Both the position numbers and the translations under genes were made by a program. A DNA stretch of 64,000 bases, taken from positions 141,741 through 205,740 of IMG/VR virus record IMGVR_UViG_3300042465_005589; one strand, written 5' to 3'. The notes beneath the pieces were generated by a model. That model did no database searches. It was not told the DNA's origin and saw nothing but the letters and a program-made list of their open reading frames with translations. Source of the stretch: a virus. Every line of letters begins with the position of its first letter. The first letter of the stretch is position 1. This document shows, piece by piece, positions 35,474-44,705 of this stretch.

Positions 35474-36286
35474 ATGGAAAAATACAAATTAATCAATTTA
35501 GTTAAAAAAACCAGTAGGTCATTCAGGAATCAAAGTCCGACCGGTATATATAGATTAATAATTACTGACAACAGTTACGAACCATTATCTTATGTACTAA
35601 AGGCTAAAGATTTGGTAATCTTTTCTCTATTAGTACCACGTTTTCATATGGGTTCCGATATCGACGAAGATTATGATAGAATTGAATTTAATATGTTCTC
35701 AGTTGAATTAGTTGAAGTTTATGATTCTGAACCTGAATTAGATTGTCCCGAATGTAATGACGGACATGTTAATTGTGATAATTGTGATGGTACAGGAGAG
35801 ATAGAATGTGATAGATGTGACAATACAGGTCAAGTTGATTGTTCTTCTTGTGGTGGTGATGGTGTTGATGATGAAGGTGAAGAATGTTCTGAATGTGAAG
35901 GCATGGGTAAAGAAAGTTGCAATTATTGTTACGGTAGTGGATACGAATCTTGTAATTATTGTGGTGGAGATGGAGATAATATTTGCCCAACTTGTGATGG
36001 TGAGGGTAAAAAATATTCTAAAGAAAAATCTGAAGTAATTTATTCTGATTTTATTTCTTGGAGTGGTCGTTGGAAATTATTTTTTTCCAATATTAAACAG
36101 GAAGAACAAATAGACCGTGAAGATTCTGATAATTTTCTTAACAATAACCAAACATTATTATTGAAAACTTATTATGAGATGTCTGAAGAATATGAAGGTT
36201 ATGAAAATGGTGACACTTTTTTATTTAAAATGAATGAAAAACCTGAAATAATAACTAGAGATAAAGAAGGTATTGTCAGAATTTAA
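35474..36286 (+). CDS. Cys-rich protein with repeated CxxCxGxG (DnaJ-type zinc finger) motifs.
   Basis: CPECNDGHVNCDNCDGTGEIECDRCDNTGQVDCSSCGGDG...CSECEGMGKESCNYCYGSGYESCNYCGGDGDNICPTCDGEG. Confidence 0.6.
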   Translation: MEKYKLINLVKKTSRSFRNQSPTGIYRLIITDNSYEPLSYVLKAKDLVIFSLLVPRFHMGSDIDEDYDRIEFNMFSVELVEVYDSEPELDCPECNDGHVNCDNCDGTGEIECDRCDNTGQVDCSSCGGDGVDDEGEECSECEGMGKESCNYCYGSGYESCNYCGGDGDNICPTCDGEGKKYSKEKSEVIYSDFISWSGRWKLFFSNIKQEEQIDREDSDNFLNNNQTLLLKTYYEMSEEYEGYENGDTFLFKMNEKPEIITRDKEGIVRI

Positions 36287-36307
36287 TAATAAACTATATT
36301 TATAATT

Positions 36308-36979
36308 ATGGTATCAGAAAGATTAATAAAATTATATTACGACAAACTTAAAAAACCCACAAATATGTTTGGGTTATTATTACACCCATTCATGTCTAAT
36401 AATAAAATAAAATGGGAATATGAAAATCCTAACGATGTTTCTTTTGCAACTACCGTAGTTGAAGGTCATCTTGAGGAGATGTTACACGACTTTTTACAAT
36501 TAGCTGGTATAACAAATGGGTTTAACCCTAATTCAGGACTTGATTGGTCACAACTATCTAAAGATTATTGTAAATTAACTAAATCAGATGTTTATATCAA
36601 TAAAGAAATTAGAAATAAAATAAATAGGTCATTTAATAATCTTAAAAAGATTGGATTATATGATAATGGAGAACTTTTAACCTCCGAATGTTCTATAAAA
36701 AATTGGTCTCTTGAATATCTTGATAAAGAAGCTCTTGGATTTCATTTAGATTTAGAATTATATAATCCTAAAATTGAAGGTAAAGAGGTTGATAATGATA
36801 CATTACAAGATTATATTCAAAGTTTTATATATGATGATGATGCTCACGAACAAGAATATGAAATCATAGGAAATGTATCGTCAATAGTTCGTGATGAAAA
36901 AAATCTTTTTGATAATGATTATATGTTTGTCCAACCAATAATTGGTTATTACGATTCTTTTGGAAATGGTTTAACTTAA
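36308..36979 (+). CDS. Hypothetical protein.
   Basis: 223-aa ORF. Confidence 0.55.
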   Translation: MVSERLIKLYYDKLKKPTNMFGLLLHPFMSNNKIKWEYENPNDVSFATTVVEGHLEEMLHDFLQLAGITNGFNPNSGLDWSQLSKDYCKLTKSDVYINKEIRNKINRSFNNLKKIGLYDNGELLTSECSIKNWSLEYLDKEALGFHLDLELYNPKIEGKEVDNDTLQDYIQSFIYDDDAHEQEYEIIGNVSSIVRDEKNLFDNDYMFVQPIIGYYDSFGNGLT

Positions 36980-37338
36980 TCAAAAGTTAAATCAACACAC
37001 ACCATAGGTAAGTATTGTTCTATATTATTTAATATTTTATCTTCAATATCATCTTGAACCCAACTTGGTAAATCCCCCATACCGTATTCTTCCCAATCAC
37101 CTTCAAACCCTACCATAACATCCACATCAAGATAAACAGTACCACTATAGTTACAACCAGGTTCAGATTCTTTTGAGAAAATCACAACACGTTTTACTTT
37201 AAACTTAACCTTCCAATCAGCGTAATCATCCTCTGAATGACTGTATGGCATACTATATTGACCTTCCATAGTATTATCACTATTAACAATTTTGTTAATT
37301 AATACCGCAATTTTTTCAATCTTTTCTTGTTTAGTCAT
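36976..37338 (-). CDS. Hypothetical protein.
   Basis: 120-aa ORF. Confidence 0.55.
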   Translation of the reverse strand: MTKQEKIEKIAVLINKIVNSDNTMEGQYSMPYSHSEDDYADWKVKFKVKRVVIFSKESEPGCNYSGTVYLDVDVMVGFEGDWEEYGMGDLPSWVQDDIEDKILNNIEQYLPMVCVDLTFD

Positions 37339-38372
37339 TATATATAATCAGGGAAAAACTCATTTATATATTTATCTACTAAACGACTATCAGGATAATC
37401 CGGTATTCTAAAGTCAAGCCAAGGCTCATCACCATTATCCATAAAAGTATTCATCATATTTAACCAAGTACTAACATAGTCAATGTTATTAGCATAATAT
37501 CCCCAATTACTAGTGTCCGCAACAAATTTCTTAATAGAATTTGATACTTCGTTTGGATTAAATTTAATGTAGTAGAACTCAGTAAGTTTGGTAGAATCAC
37601 CATACAAAGGAACTGCCTCCCACTTAGCTGATTTCATATCAAAAAAAGTTTCCAACTCATCTATAGCCATATTATATATTTCTGTTTCATGAGCAGTATT
37701 ATAAGCATTACTATGAATACTATATAAGTCACCTGTTAAGTCAGGTAAATAATCATTGTCAAGCAAGTATTGAAAAGATTCTTCATCACCAATAACATCA
37801 CTAACATTCTCCGGTGTTAAATAAAAAATACCCTCATCGTCAGCATAATTACGAAATAAATCAGGTGTCTCATCATCAACTTCTATTTTCCAATTAGTTA
37901 ACACATCTAACATATGTTGTTTTAATCGTTCCATGTTCTCGGGGTTCAATTCTTCAATAACATCTCTATGTATATCATCGGTAGTATTGTCATGATATTC
38001 CCAATTATCTTCACCAAATATAGATTTAACATAATCTCTCGCACTTAAATCACGACCACCACTATAAAATAATTCGGATAAGTCCTCTCTATCTTGAACT
38101 CTTAAATAATAAACCCCATCTTTAGGTATTATATCCGATAGTTGAGCAACACAATACTCTAAAGTTTTTTTATCATTTAAAACGTTTAAAAGATAATTTA
38201 ATATTTCTAACTGATAATCACTTACATCATCATCAAAAGGGTCGACATATTCTAATAAATTTTGTCTATGGAAAAACTTTAAAATATTTCCCACATTATC
38301 AAACATATCAATAAGATGGTCAATATCACCACCGTTAAAATCATTAACATATTTTAAATATTTTTCATTCAT
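37338..38372 (-). CDS. Hypothetical acidic protein.
   Basis: 344-aa ORF. Confidence 0.6.
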   Translation of the reverse strand: MNEKYLKYVNDFNGGDIDHLIDMFDNVGNILKFFHRQNLLEYVDPFDDDVSDYQLEILNYLLNVLNDKKTLEYCVAQLSDIIPKDGVYYLRVQDREDLSELFYSGGRDLSARDYVKSIFGEDNWEYHDNTTDDIHRDVIEELNPENMERLKQHMLDVLTNWKIEVDDETPDLFRNYADDEGIFYLTPENVSDVIGDEESFQYLLDNDYLPDLTGDLYSIHSNAYNTAHETEIYNMAIDELETFFDMKSAKWEAVPLYGDSTKLTEFYYIKFNPNEVSNSIKKFVADTSNWGYYANNIDYVSTWLNMMNTFMDNGDEPWLDFRIPDYPDSRLVDKYINEFFPDYI

Positions 38373-38374
38373 AA

Positions 38375-38905
38375 TTAATTCATTTGGAAATATCGACTAG
38401 AGTATTTAGGTCTGTCAAAAATAATGTTTATACCTGTCTGTGATGTAATGTTGTCCTTAAAATAATCATTGATACCCCAATTAACTTCATCTTCAACTTC
38501 CCATCCGTAATCATCATTGTCTAAAGCATCCTCTAATGTCTTGTGGTCACCACCTACATCAACATGACCACCCAAATCATCAACCTTAATTTTAACAACA
38601 ACATTTGGTTCTGAGCTATCTAAATACCAATTACCAATACCAATAACCTCAAAGAAAAAATTATAACCACCAAAATTATCTATATGGTGTGGGTTCTGAA
38701 GTAATAAGGTTTTAGCAAGTTCTTTCGATTCTTTTTCACCTCTCCACTCAATTAAGTATTTGTAGGCTTGGTTATAAGTAATGTCACTATCACTATTATC
38801 TAACCCAAAAAAAGAAATGAAATTCTTATCTACCTTACCAGCTGTTTTGTCCCAATACTTAAAAAGTATATTTTTGTATTTAGATTCAGTTATTATTAAT
38901 TTCAT
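38375..38905 (-). CDS. Hypothetical protein of the ITE family (MKLIITESKYKNIL...).
   Basis: 176-aa ORF. Confidence 0.6.
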   Translation of the reverse strand: MKLIITESKYKNILFKYWDKTAGKVDKNFISFFGLDNSDSDITYNQAYKYLIEWRGEKESKELAKTLLLQNPHHIDNFGGYNFFFEVIGIGNWYLDSSEPNVVVKIKVDDLGGHVDVGGDHKTLEDALDNDDYGWEVEDEVNWGINDYFKDNITSQTGINIIFDRPKYSSRYFQMN

Positions 38906-38955
38906 TTATTATTTTGTTTCTTAAATTATAATTATAAATAGTTAAAACTACAGAA

Positions 38956-39306
38956 ATGGCACACCCAATAATTCACGCGAAATCATCCGCCAAAAAGTTT
39001 GGTGGAATATGGGAAGATTATATCCACTTACATAACTGGCTTGACCACACAAAATCGTGGTATGGACATTCATTACATAGAATGTTCAGACATCACAGCG
39101 AGGGTATATTTGAAATGGAAGAGAAGTTTGGTCCAATGTTTACAAATAGTGACGGAAAGGTTGTCTATACTCGTTATGTGGGAGAACAACACGTTAAAGA
39201 GGATTGTTATAACTACATTCCAACAGCTCGTGAATGGATAATAGCTTTGGATTCCAAAGAAAAACCTATGTGGATGATTCGAACTATGGAAATTAACGTA
39301 GATTAA
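38956..39306 (+). CDS. Hypothetical His-rich protein.
   Basis: 116-aa ORF, preferred over the nested ORFs 38999..39241 and 39073..39309. Confidence 0.5.
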   Translation: MAHPIIHAKSSAKKFGGIWEDYIHLHNWLDHTKSWYGHSLHRMFRHHSEGIFEMEEKFGPMFTNSDGKVVYTRYVGEQHVKEDCYNYIPTAREWIIALDSKEKPMWMIRTMEINVD

Positions 39307-39328
39307 CATATTTATAATAAAAAGATTT

Positions 39329-40030
39329 ATGACACCACAAATAACAGAAGAACAATTAAAATCATTAAAACTTTTCGCATACTACTGTCGTTCACACGGT
39401 GCCGAAACTGTTCACAAAGAATATTATATAGAAAATTGTAATTTAGATTGGGAAGAAGAAAATTTTCAATCACCACAAATACGTACAAGTATCGAAAGTT
39501 ACTCTAAAATAGATGAAGTTCTTAATGAAATTATTGAAACTAACGAACTAATTGAAAATTCTACTACAGATTGTGACTTCAGAGGTCAGTTAACCATTGA
39601 AATTGATTGTGTTGAAAGAATACTAACTACGGACGCAATGGAGTGGCAATTTTCAAGTAATTTTAATGATTTTTCCAAAGACTTAACCGAGATTGCTGAA
39701 GATTATACTGAAGAAATATATAATGAAGTTTTAAGATTATTTGAACAAATTGGTGAAGATGGTGATGCTGAGTTAACATTTAATGGTGGTGGAGATAGTG
39801 GAGCTTTAGATGATTATATTAACATCAATGGGTCCACTGAGAACATTCCAAAACTTATTGAAGATATGTCGTATCAATGGTTAGAAGAAACCGGTTTAGA
39901 TTGGTTTAACAATGAAGGTGGTCAAGGTAGATTTGTGTTTAGCCCAAAGGATAATCAAATTATATTAGAAGTCGAAACAAACTACGAAGAAGATGTTAAT
40001 GTTCCTTTAAATTTTAAAATACAATTTTAA
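39329..40030 (+). CDS. Hypothetical acidic protein.
   Basis: 233-aa ORF followed by an intrinsic terminator at 40041-40067. Confidence 0.6.
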   Translation: MTPQITEEQLKSLKLFAYYCRSHGAETVHKEYYIENCNLDWEEENFQSPQIRTSIESYSKIDEVLNEIIETNELIENSTTDCDFRGQLTIEIDCVERILTTDAMEWQFSSNFNDFSKDLTEIAEDYTEEIYNEVLRLFEQIGEDGDAELTFNGGGDSGALDDYININGSTENIPKLIEDMSYQWLEETGLDWFNNEGGQGRFVFSPKDNQIILEVETNYEEDVNVPLNFKIQF

Positions 40031-40035
40031 AATAC

Positions 40036-40067
40036 AAAAACCCCCCGATTTCTCGAGGGGTTTTTTT
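40036..40067 (+). terminator. Intrinsic terminator AAAAACCCCCCGATTTCTCGAGGGGTTTTTTT.
   Basis: 8-bp stem with one mismatch plus a T7 run after the stop of 39329..40030. Confidence 0.65.
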
Positions 40068-40256
40068 ATAGTCAGGTTGGAAGTTCAATAAGTAAATCAA
40101 AAAGAGTTTTAAGTTTTGACAAATTAATTTTGAACTGCTGAGTGTTGAGGTTTGAGTACTTCATCATCATCAAAACGTCGACGACTTTCATAATGAGTTT
40201 GTAGGTAATACGGAATAGTCCATATATATTACATTATATCCCTTCCGGACACTGAA

Positions 40257-40694
40257 CTATATTTCGGTGATTTGGTTATGGTAATCCAAAATATCTTGAA
40301 TCTCTTCAATTTGTCCTTCCATATGTTTAACCATCTCGTCTCTCTCAACAATTGAGATTTCCGTTTCTTTCACAGCAGGTGTCTCACGATTTCTTGAGTA
40401 GTAATCTTGGACAATACCCTCATTACAATCCAAGTTTTTAATTCTCGCAATCATAGATTTCAATTCCGACAATCTAAAAATGTGTTGATACACCAAATCA
40501 TTTGCTCTGTGGATTTTAGTTTTAAGTTCCACTAACTCATTACTTTTTTGGTTAAGTAATTCCATTGATTCTTTAGCCGAATATGGTCTAACATTCCCAA
40601 CCTCAACTGAGTTGTATGTCGCCACTCTAGTGTGTAAATCTAAAATCTCTTTAACCAATCGGTTTTTCTCTTTTAAAGCTTTCTTTATGTTCAT
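40257..40694 (-). CDS. Coiled-coil protein.
   Basis: 145-aa ORF with heptad-like composition. Confidence 0.55.
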   Translation of the reverse strand: MNIKKALKEKNRLVKEILDLHTRVATYNSVEVGNVRPYSAKESMELLNQKSNELVELKTKIHRANDLVYQHIFRLSELKSMIARIKNLDCNEGIVQDYYSRNRETPAVKETEISIVERDEMVKHMEGQIEEIQDILDYHNQITEI

Positions 40695-40753
40695 AATAAA
40701 ATTGTTTTATTGTTTGTTTGTATAGTATAATTATTTTTTATTAAGAAGTCAAA

Positions 40754-41089
40754 TTACCACACCTCATATCCAAAACTTTTATACTCACTACCCCGTAAAT
40801 CTTTTATATTCTCATTTATTGGTTCTAAAATAAATTTTTCAAAATCGTCCGGTTTCATCAATGCCGCCTCAATAAAACCAAAAACAGGTGCCATTTGATT
40901 TATGTAAGAAACAAGGTCATTGTCATTGTAAGATTCAGGTATCAAGTTTGTTAGAACAAGGAAGTACTCCTTTGTAGGATATCCGTAATGTAAATAATAA
41001 AAACGATATTCAGGATGTCTCCTCAAGTGAGGAAACTCCTTATATATCTCTTTTAATAATAATTGTAAAGGTTTTGGATACGGATTCAT
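40754..41089 (-). CDS. Hypothetical protein.
   Basis: 111-aa ORF. Confidence 0.5.
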   Translation of the reverse strand: MNPYPKPLQLLLKEIYKEFPHLRRHPEYRFYYLHYGYPTKEYFLVLTNLIPESYNDNDLVSYINQMAPVFGFIEAALMKPDDFEKFILEPINENIKDLRGSEYKSFGYEVW

Positions 41090-41151
41090 AGTACAAAGAT
41101 AATACTTAATCCCATATAAACAAAAAAAAGGAACTAAATGTTCCTTTTTTT

Positions 41152-42072
41152 TTAATCTAATAATTCTATCTCAGTGTTATCATCCGTTAAGTATTTCGGA
41201 TAAGTTCTTAGTATGTCTTGTTTAATTGTATTTGTAATATTGTTCAATAACTCAGGATTGTCTCTAAAATTGGAATCCGGTATCATTTTCCTGTCAACCA
41301 TTTTACCAGCTTTAAGAACTTTGACAGATATTTTAATTTTACCATCAACATCCTCAATGTCTTTAATCATAAAATTAACTCTGTGAGCATTATCCCCCCA
41401 ACCTCCACTGATTAATTTTGATTGATTAGTTATTTTATCTTTATCTTTTACAAAGTTTGAAACTCTACTAGATTTAACCGTTTCAATGTTACGACTTCCT
41501 CGAATAAGACCTTCCATCTCATCTTTGGTAATACTCATAACATTTGCATTTAAGTTTGAATCAAATTTAACAGGGTTAACCTGACTCATTTGTTTTCTTG
41601 TAGAACTTGAATACGTTTCTAATGTTCTGTACCATTGGTCATTAATAAATAAGAACACTGGATACCACCCATATGATGTAATAACATAATACCAATCATT
41701 ATTATTATTTACATTCCACTGACCTTCAATATTTGAACCCTTAAACGGCATTCTAGCCGACGCATATTCATAAGCCGTATTATTAGTAACTTTTCTCTGT
41801 TTGAATTGTCTGAAATCCTTGAAATTCTCGTTTGTTAAATTTTCATAATCCCCTTCCGGTCTGAAGTTAGCCGTGTATACTTCATAATAAAAATGAGAGT
41901 CGTTTGGTGACATTCCAAGTACCGGTAAAATAGACCTTAAAAATTTTAAAAATTCAGGTTGAGTCTTAGTTTCCCTTTTATGTTTGTCAATATACTTAAA
42001 TAACATAATTTCCTTTTTAGTTAAAGGACCTTCTTGTTCTTCTCGTAGTATACGTCTAATTAGTTCTTTCAT
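41152..42072 (-). CDS. Hypothetical protein of the MKELIRRILRE family.
   Basis: 306-aa ORF with the conserved N-terminus. Confidence 0.6.
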   Translation of the reverse strand: MKELIRRILREEQEGPLTKKEIMLFKYIDKHKRETKTQPEFLKFLRSILPVLGMSPNDSHFYYEVYTANFRPEGDYENLTNENFKDFRQFKQRKVTNNTAYEYASARMPFKGSNIEGQWNVNNNNDWYYVITSYGWYPVFLFINDQWYRTLETYSSSTRKQMSQVNPVKFDSNLNANVMSITKDEMEGLIRGSRNIETVKSSRVSNFVKDKDKITNQSKLISGGWGDNAHRVNFMIKDIEDVDGKIKISVKVLKAGKMVDRKMIPDSNFRDNPELLNNITNTIKQDILRTYPKYLTDDNTEIELLD

Positions 42073-42076
42073 TATA

Positions 42077-42535
42077 TTATTTTAAGAATCTTAATTTATA
42101 TAATGTGGAATATATTAATTCTTGAACTGTATCAATTTGATTTTGAAGAAATGATTCTTTCACACTTTTTCTGTTTTTTTCAACCATTGAATCCAATGAT
42201 TTGAAGTACTTAATAACTTGTTCAGAACTTTTATACTCTTCAGTTTTGATTGAATTGTATCCAGTAATCACATCGTGTTTACCTTGATAACTTTCAATAA
42301 TACCATCTATAAGTGCATCAATCCCTTCATAATACCCTTGTAGAGCCTTATGTTCTGAATATGATTTTGTTTGTAAATGAAAAATGTGTACTTGAGTTTG
42401 TGAATGCAATAAAATAGACACCATATCTTTAAACCCTGAATTGGTTTTTGTATCATCTACCTCAATTTCACCCTCTTCTTTTTGCTCTCTCATTAAGTTT
42501 TTTTTCTTAACTTCTAATAATACATTGTTTCCCAT
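42077..42535 (-). CDS. Dps/ferritin-like protein (candidate).
   Basis: VHIFHLQTKSYSEHKALQGYYEGIDALIDGIIES resembles the Dps helix pattern (LKThNyHWNV.G..F..LH..fEeqY.el...iDeiAERi). Confidence 0.4.
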   Translation of the reverse strand: MGNNVLLEVKKKNLMREQKEEGEIEVDDTKTNSGFKDMVSILLHSQTQVHIFHLQTKSYSEHKALQGYYEGIDALIDGIIESYQGKHDVITGYNSIKTEEYKSSEQVIKYFKSLDSMVEKNRKSVKESFLQNQIDTVQELIYSTLYKLRFLK

Positions 42536-42577
42536 AATAAAGTTTTACATATAAATATATCGTTTAATTGTAATTTA

Positions 42578-42895
42578 TTATTTACCAATTATAATTTCAT
42601 CGTAATTTAATTTACCCATTCCATCATTGTTTTGGGACTCACCCTTAAATTCATCATACATAAATGTTTTTACAACACCAATAATACTTTGTTCTGCTTG
42701 AGATATTTTAGATTCCATCCAATCTTCAAGTTGCTCCCCATTTTCCATTTTTTCCCACATAGCGTTAGCTAATGTTGCAATAGTAAATAATTGTTGTTTA
42801 GCCATGTAAGAACCTTCTTCATGATTCTCGTTAACTGTTCTCATTTTACTAATCAACTTTTCAAGTTGTTTTTCTGTTAATATAACGTTACCCAT
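42578..42895 (-). CDS. Hypothetical protein. Start moved to the internal MGNVILTEKQLEKLI, an ITE-type N-terminus.
   Basis: The track ORF 42578..42928 would run through the terminator hairpin at 42933-42951. Confidence 0.5.
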   Translation of the reverse strand: MGNVILTEKQLEKLISKMRTVNENHEEGSYMAKQQLFTIATLANAMWEKMENGEQLEDWMESKISQAEQSIIGVVKTFMYDEFKGESQNNDGMGKLNYDEIIIGK

Positions 42896-42926
42896 AATTC
42901 TTTTATTTATAAATATCCGATTAAAC

Positions 42927-42951
42927 AAAAAACCCCCACTTTATGTGAGGG
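42927..42951 (-). terminator. Intrinsic terminator. The plus strand reads AAAAAACCCCCACTTTATGTGAGGG, a near-copy of the 21345 terminator.
   Basis: Downstream of the stop of 43007..43507. Confidence 0.5.
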
Positions 42952-43006
42952 TTAATTTTGGACCGACATAAAGTCGGCGACTCCACCATCCTATTTTTAA
43001 AGAGAA

Positions 43007-43507
43007 TTAGGAAAACTCAGTTGATGATGATACTCGAAGTCCATCAACTTCTTTATCATAATATTTTGACATATCGGTAAAAGGTTTGTAATGAGCCAAC
43101 TTACTTTGTTCGTCCATATAATTCTTATCCAACACATAACCATCCGGTTGACCCCACTCCAAAGCCATCTTAATGAACTCTTCGGTGTCTTGTAATTCAC
43201 CATATTCGTCCACAACTCTACCTGAACGGATGAACTTAAATAGTTCTTCCTTATTAGTGTAAAATTTGTTATCTTGGAAATTCCATAAGAATTTCCACCC
43301 TGAACTTCTTTTACCAATATGAATTTTCATACCATCAAGGAATTCATCCCAAGCAGACCATCTCTCATAACCCTTTTCAGTGGTTCTAAATTCATTATAA
43401 ATGTTTTCCGGACTCCATATGTCCAAATCGTTTATTTGTTCAACCAAGTTAAGGTATTTGACTCTAACCTCACTTGCTTTTGGAATTTTGTAATAATTTG
43501 TGCTCAT
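43007..43507 (-). CDS. Hypothetical protein.
   Basis: 166-aa ORF containing HIGKRSSGWKF. Confidence 0.55.
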   Translation of the reverse strand: MSTNYYKIPKASEVRVKYLNLVEQINDLDIWSPENIYNEFRTTEKGYERWSAWDEFLDGMKIHIGKRSSGWKFLWNFQDNKFYTNKEELFKFIRSGRVVDEYGELQDTEEFIKMALEWGQPDGYVLDKNYMDEQSKLAHYKPFTDMSKYYDKEVDGLRVSSSTEFS

Positions 43508-43516
43508 ACCTTACTA

Positions 43517-43792
43517 TTATTTAGTTACTAATGCTTCTACTTTACTTCTCATATGGTCAGCCAAGTCGTAATCGTTAACTGATGTAACAATAATTGAATC
43601 AACTAAGTATTTGTGTGGGACGTGAATTAAGAAGTCACTCCCGTTGAAGAATGTTAAATCATTTTTCAACTCAATACAACCCTGGACCATCTTCAAGAAT
43701 AATTTGAATTGAATTGCGTCCACGAATGTCTCGTGTAATAGTTTTCCGAACTTTTCGTTCTCAATTCTAATAGAGTAAGTATTTGTTTTCAT
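43517..43792 (-). CDS. Hypothetical protein.
   Basis: 91-aa ORF. The promoter motif lies 20 nt upstream. Confidence 0.5.
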   Translation of the reverse strand: MKTNTYSIRIENEKFGKLLHETFVDAIQFKLFLKMVQGCIELKNDLTFFNGSDFLIHVPHKYLVDSIIVTSVNDYDLADHMRSKVEALVTK

Positions 43793-43810
43793 ATGTTTAA
43801 TTTTCTATGG

Positions 43811-43836
43811 GACAAAGATAATACTATTTTTTTAAT
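43811..43836 (-). promoter_or_regulatory. Conserved upstream motif copy (GACAAAGATAATACTATTTTTTTAATA).
   Basis: 20 nt upstream of the start of 43517..43792. Confidence 0.5.
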
Positions 43837-43850
43837 ATACAAATTTTTTT

Positions 43851-44105
43851 TTAATATTCTGTAATGTTATACATACCACATATTCTATGTGACCTACCAA
43901 ACTCATCTTTGAATGTTATACATCCATCTTTCTCCACATACTTTTCAGTATAGAAACTTGTCTCTTGTCGTCTGTTACCCGGAATGGAGATTTCATATAA
44001 ATGACCCCCCTTTTTTATTCCACTAACCAAATAAACTTTATAACCTACAGAGGTTACGATAAGTAATAAAATTATCACCATAAAACCTAACACACTATTT
44101 CTCAT
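43851..44105 (-). CDS. Small membrane or secreted protein.
   Basis: N-terminal hydrophobic segment MRNSVLGFMVIILLLIVTSVG. Confidence 0.45.
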   Translation of the reverse strand: MRNSVLGFMVIILLLIVTSVGYKVYLVSGIKKGGHLYEISIPGNRRQETSFYTEKYVEKDGCITFKDEFGRSHRICGMYNITEY

Positions 44106-44106
44106 A

Positions 44107-44616
44107 TTATCTAAATTTTTCCATTCTTTTTTTAATCAACTCAGCGGTGTCATAATCTTCTTCTTCCAAAGCTTTCTTCAAATAAACCTCACATTCAACC
44201 TCATTCATTAAGTCAATAGGTTTACCATCAACTTTTTTACCTGTAGTTTCTAATTCATCACCAATAGTACCACTAAAACCAGGATTAACACCCATTACTT
44301 TTTTAGCCTCTTCATAGTTTTGTCTCCATAAGTCGGATTTATTAGTAAGTAATACATTCCAATTTACTTTATAAGTGGAACCATCACCACAATCAATATA
44401 TAAATCAGTCAAAGACCAACCTTTAAGGGTTGCGAATTCTTTTCTATTTTGTTTTAATATTGAAACGTAATCACCAACTCGGGTTAGAATCAGTTTATCA
44501 CCAACCTTCCAATTTTTACATTTTTTCTTTCTATAGTTATCTTTACCTGAACCGTTAACCCCAATTATCATTAACACTACTAAAATAACCCCCAATATAA
44601 TCCCTAATACTACCAT
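44107..44616 (-). CDS. Membrane-anchored protein.
   Basis: N-terminal transmembrane segment MVVLGIILGVILVVLMIIGV. The promoter motif lies 20 nt upstream. Confidence 0.55.
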   Translation of the reverse strand: MVVLGIILGVILVVLMIIGVNGSGKDNYRKKKCKNWKVGDKLILTRVGDYVSILKQNRKEFATLKGWSLTDLYIDCGDGSTYKVNWNVLLTNKSDLWRQNYEEAKKVMGVNPGFSGTIGDELETTGKKVDGKPIDLMNEVECEVYLKKALEEEDYDTAELIKKRMEKFR

Positions 44617-44636
44617 AATTTAAGATTTAAATTCCC

Positions 44637-44663
44637 GACAAAGATAATACTATTTTTAATATA
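44637..44663 (-). promoter_or_regulatory. Conserved upstream motif copy (GACAAAGATAATACTATTTTTAATATA).
   Basis: 20 nt upstream of the start of 44107..44616. Confidence 0.5.
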
Positions 44664-44665
44664 AA

Positions 44666-44705
44666 CAAAAAAAACCTCAACAAATTTTACTCTGTTGAGG
44701 TTTCA
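44666..44705. terminator. Strong hairpin AACCTCAACA-AATTTTACTC-TGTTGAGGTT flanked by A and T runs.
   Basis: Perfect 10-bp stem that separates the plus-strand RHH/HNH module from the minus-strand block. Confidence 0.6.
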
